A DNA stretch of 64,000 nt from Chiloscyllium plagiosum (lineage: Eukaryota), in NCBI RefSeq assembly GCF_004010195.1, contig NC_057718.1, forward strand, positions 8,083,552-8,147,551. Direction: 5' to 3'. The position numbers and the translations under genes were made by a program. Each line of letters begins with the position of its first letter. Position 1 is the stretch's first letter. The notes under the pieces were generated by a model that made no database searches, was not told where the DNA came from, and saw only the letters and a program-made list of their open reading frames with translations. Below are positions 63,820-64,000 of the stretch, piece after piece.

Positions 63820-64000
63820 TTTTGTCAATACATTCACAGGATGTGGGTATAACTGGTCAGGCCCAGCATTTATTGCCCATCCATAATTGTCCAGAGGGCA
63901 GTTAAGAGTCAACCACATTGCCGTGGGTCTGGAGTCACACGTAGGCCAGACCAGGTAAGGATGGCAGTTTCCTTTCTGAAAGGACATGAGCAAGCCGGAT
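63820..64000 (-). mobile_element. Second SINE family (other copies at ~10785-11090, 18470-18815, and 58510-58820 continuing at 61507-61552)
   Basis: Recurrent catttattgcccatcc...ccacattgctgtgggtctggagtcaca..ggccagaccaggtaaggatggcag block, with a tRNA-like head on the opposite strand. Confidence 0.65.

Overview
Repeat-rich vertebrate DNA, almost certainly from a cartilaginous fish (shark), inferred from HE1-type V-SINEs and HER1/CR1-like LINE 3' ends. It has three assembly gaps. The only host gene I can support is the 5' part of ADGRG6 (GPR126) on the minus strand: a signal-peptide exon (17294-17385), a CUB exon (7409-7750) and a pentraxin exon (3264-3887), all with canonical splice sites that join in frame. 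A candidate non-coding exon 1 and promoter lie near 40.1-40.6 kb, and the rest of the gene continues left of the pentraxin exon. Everything else is transposable-element history. The main pieces are (i) a decayed ~8.7 kb Ty3/gypsy LTR retrotransposon with the unusual PR-INT-RT-RH order (Gmr1-like), sitting in an old CR1 and itself carrying a younger CR1, SINE copies and a Penelope fragment; (ii) Penelope-like elements (PLEs), including a ~2.7 kb Neptune-type RT/GIY-YIG copy and many short derivatives with minimal hammerhead-ribozyme cores, several inserted as fold-back hairpins with long target duplications; and (iii) many SINE/CR1 fragments and solo LTRs. These are known element classes. The least explained signal is the population of ~100-230 nt hammerhead-headed PLE derivatives and their fold-back insertions inside ADGRG6 introns. 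All calls were made by eye without database searches.
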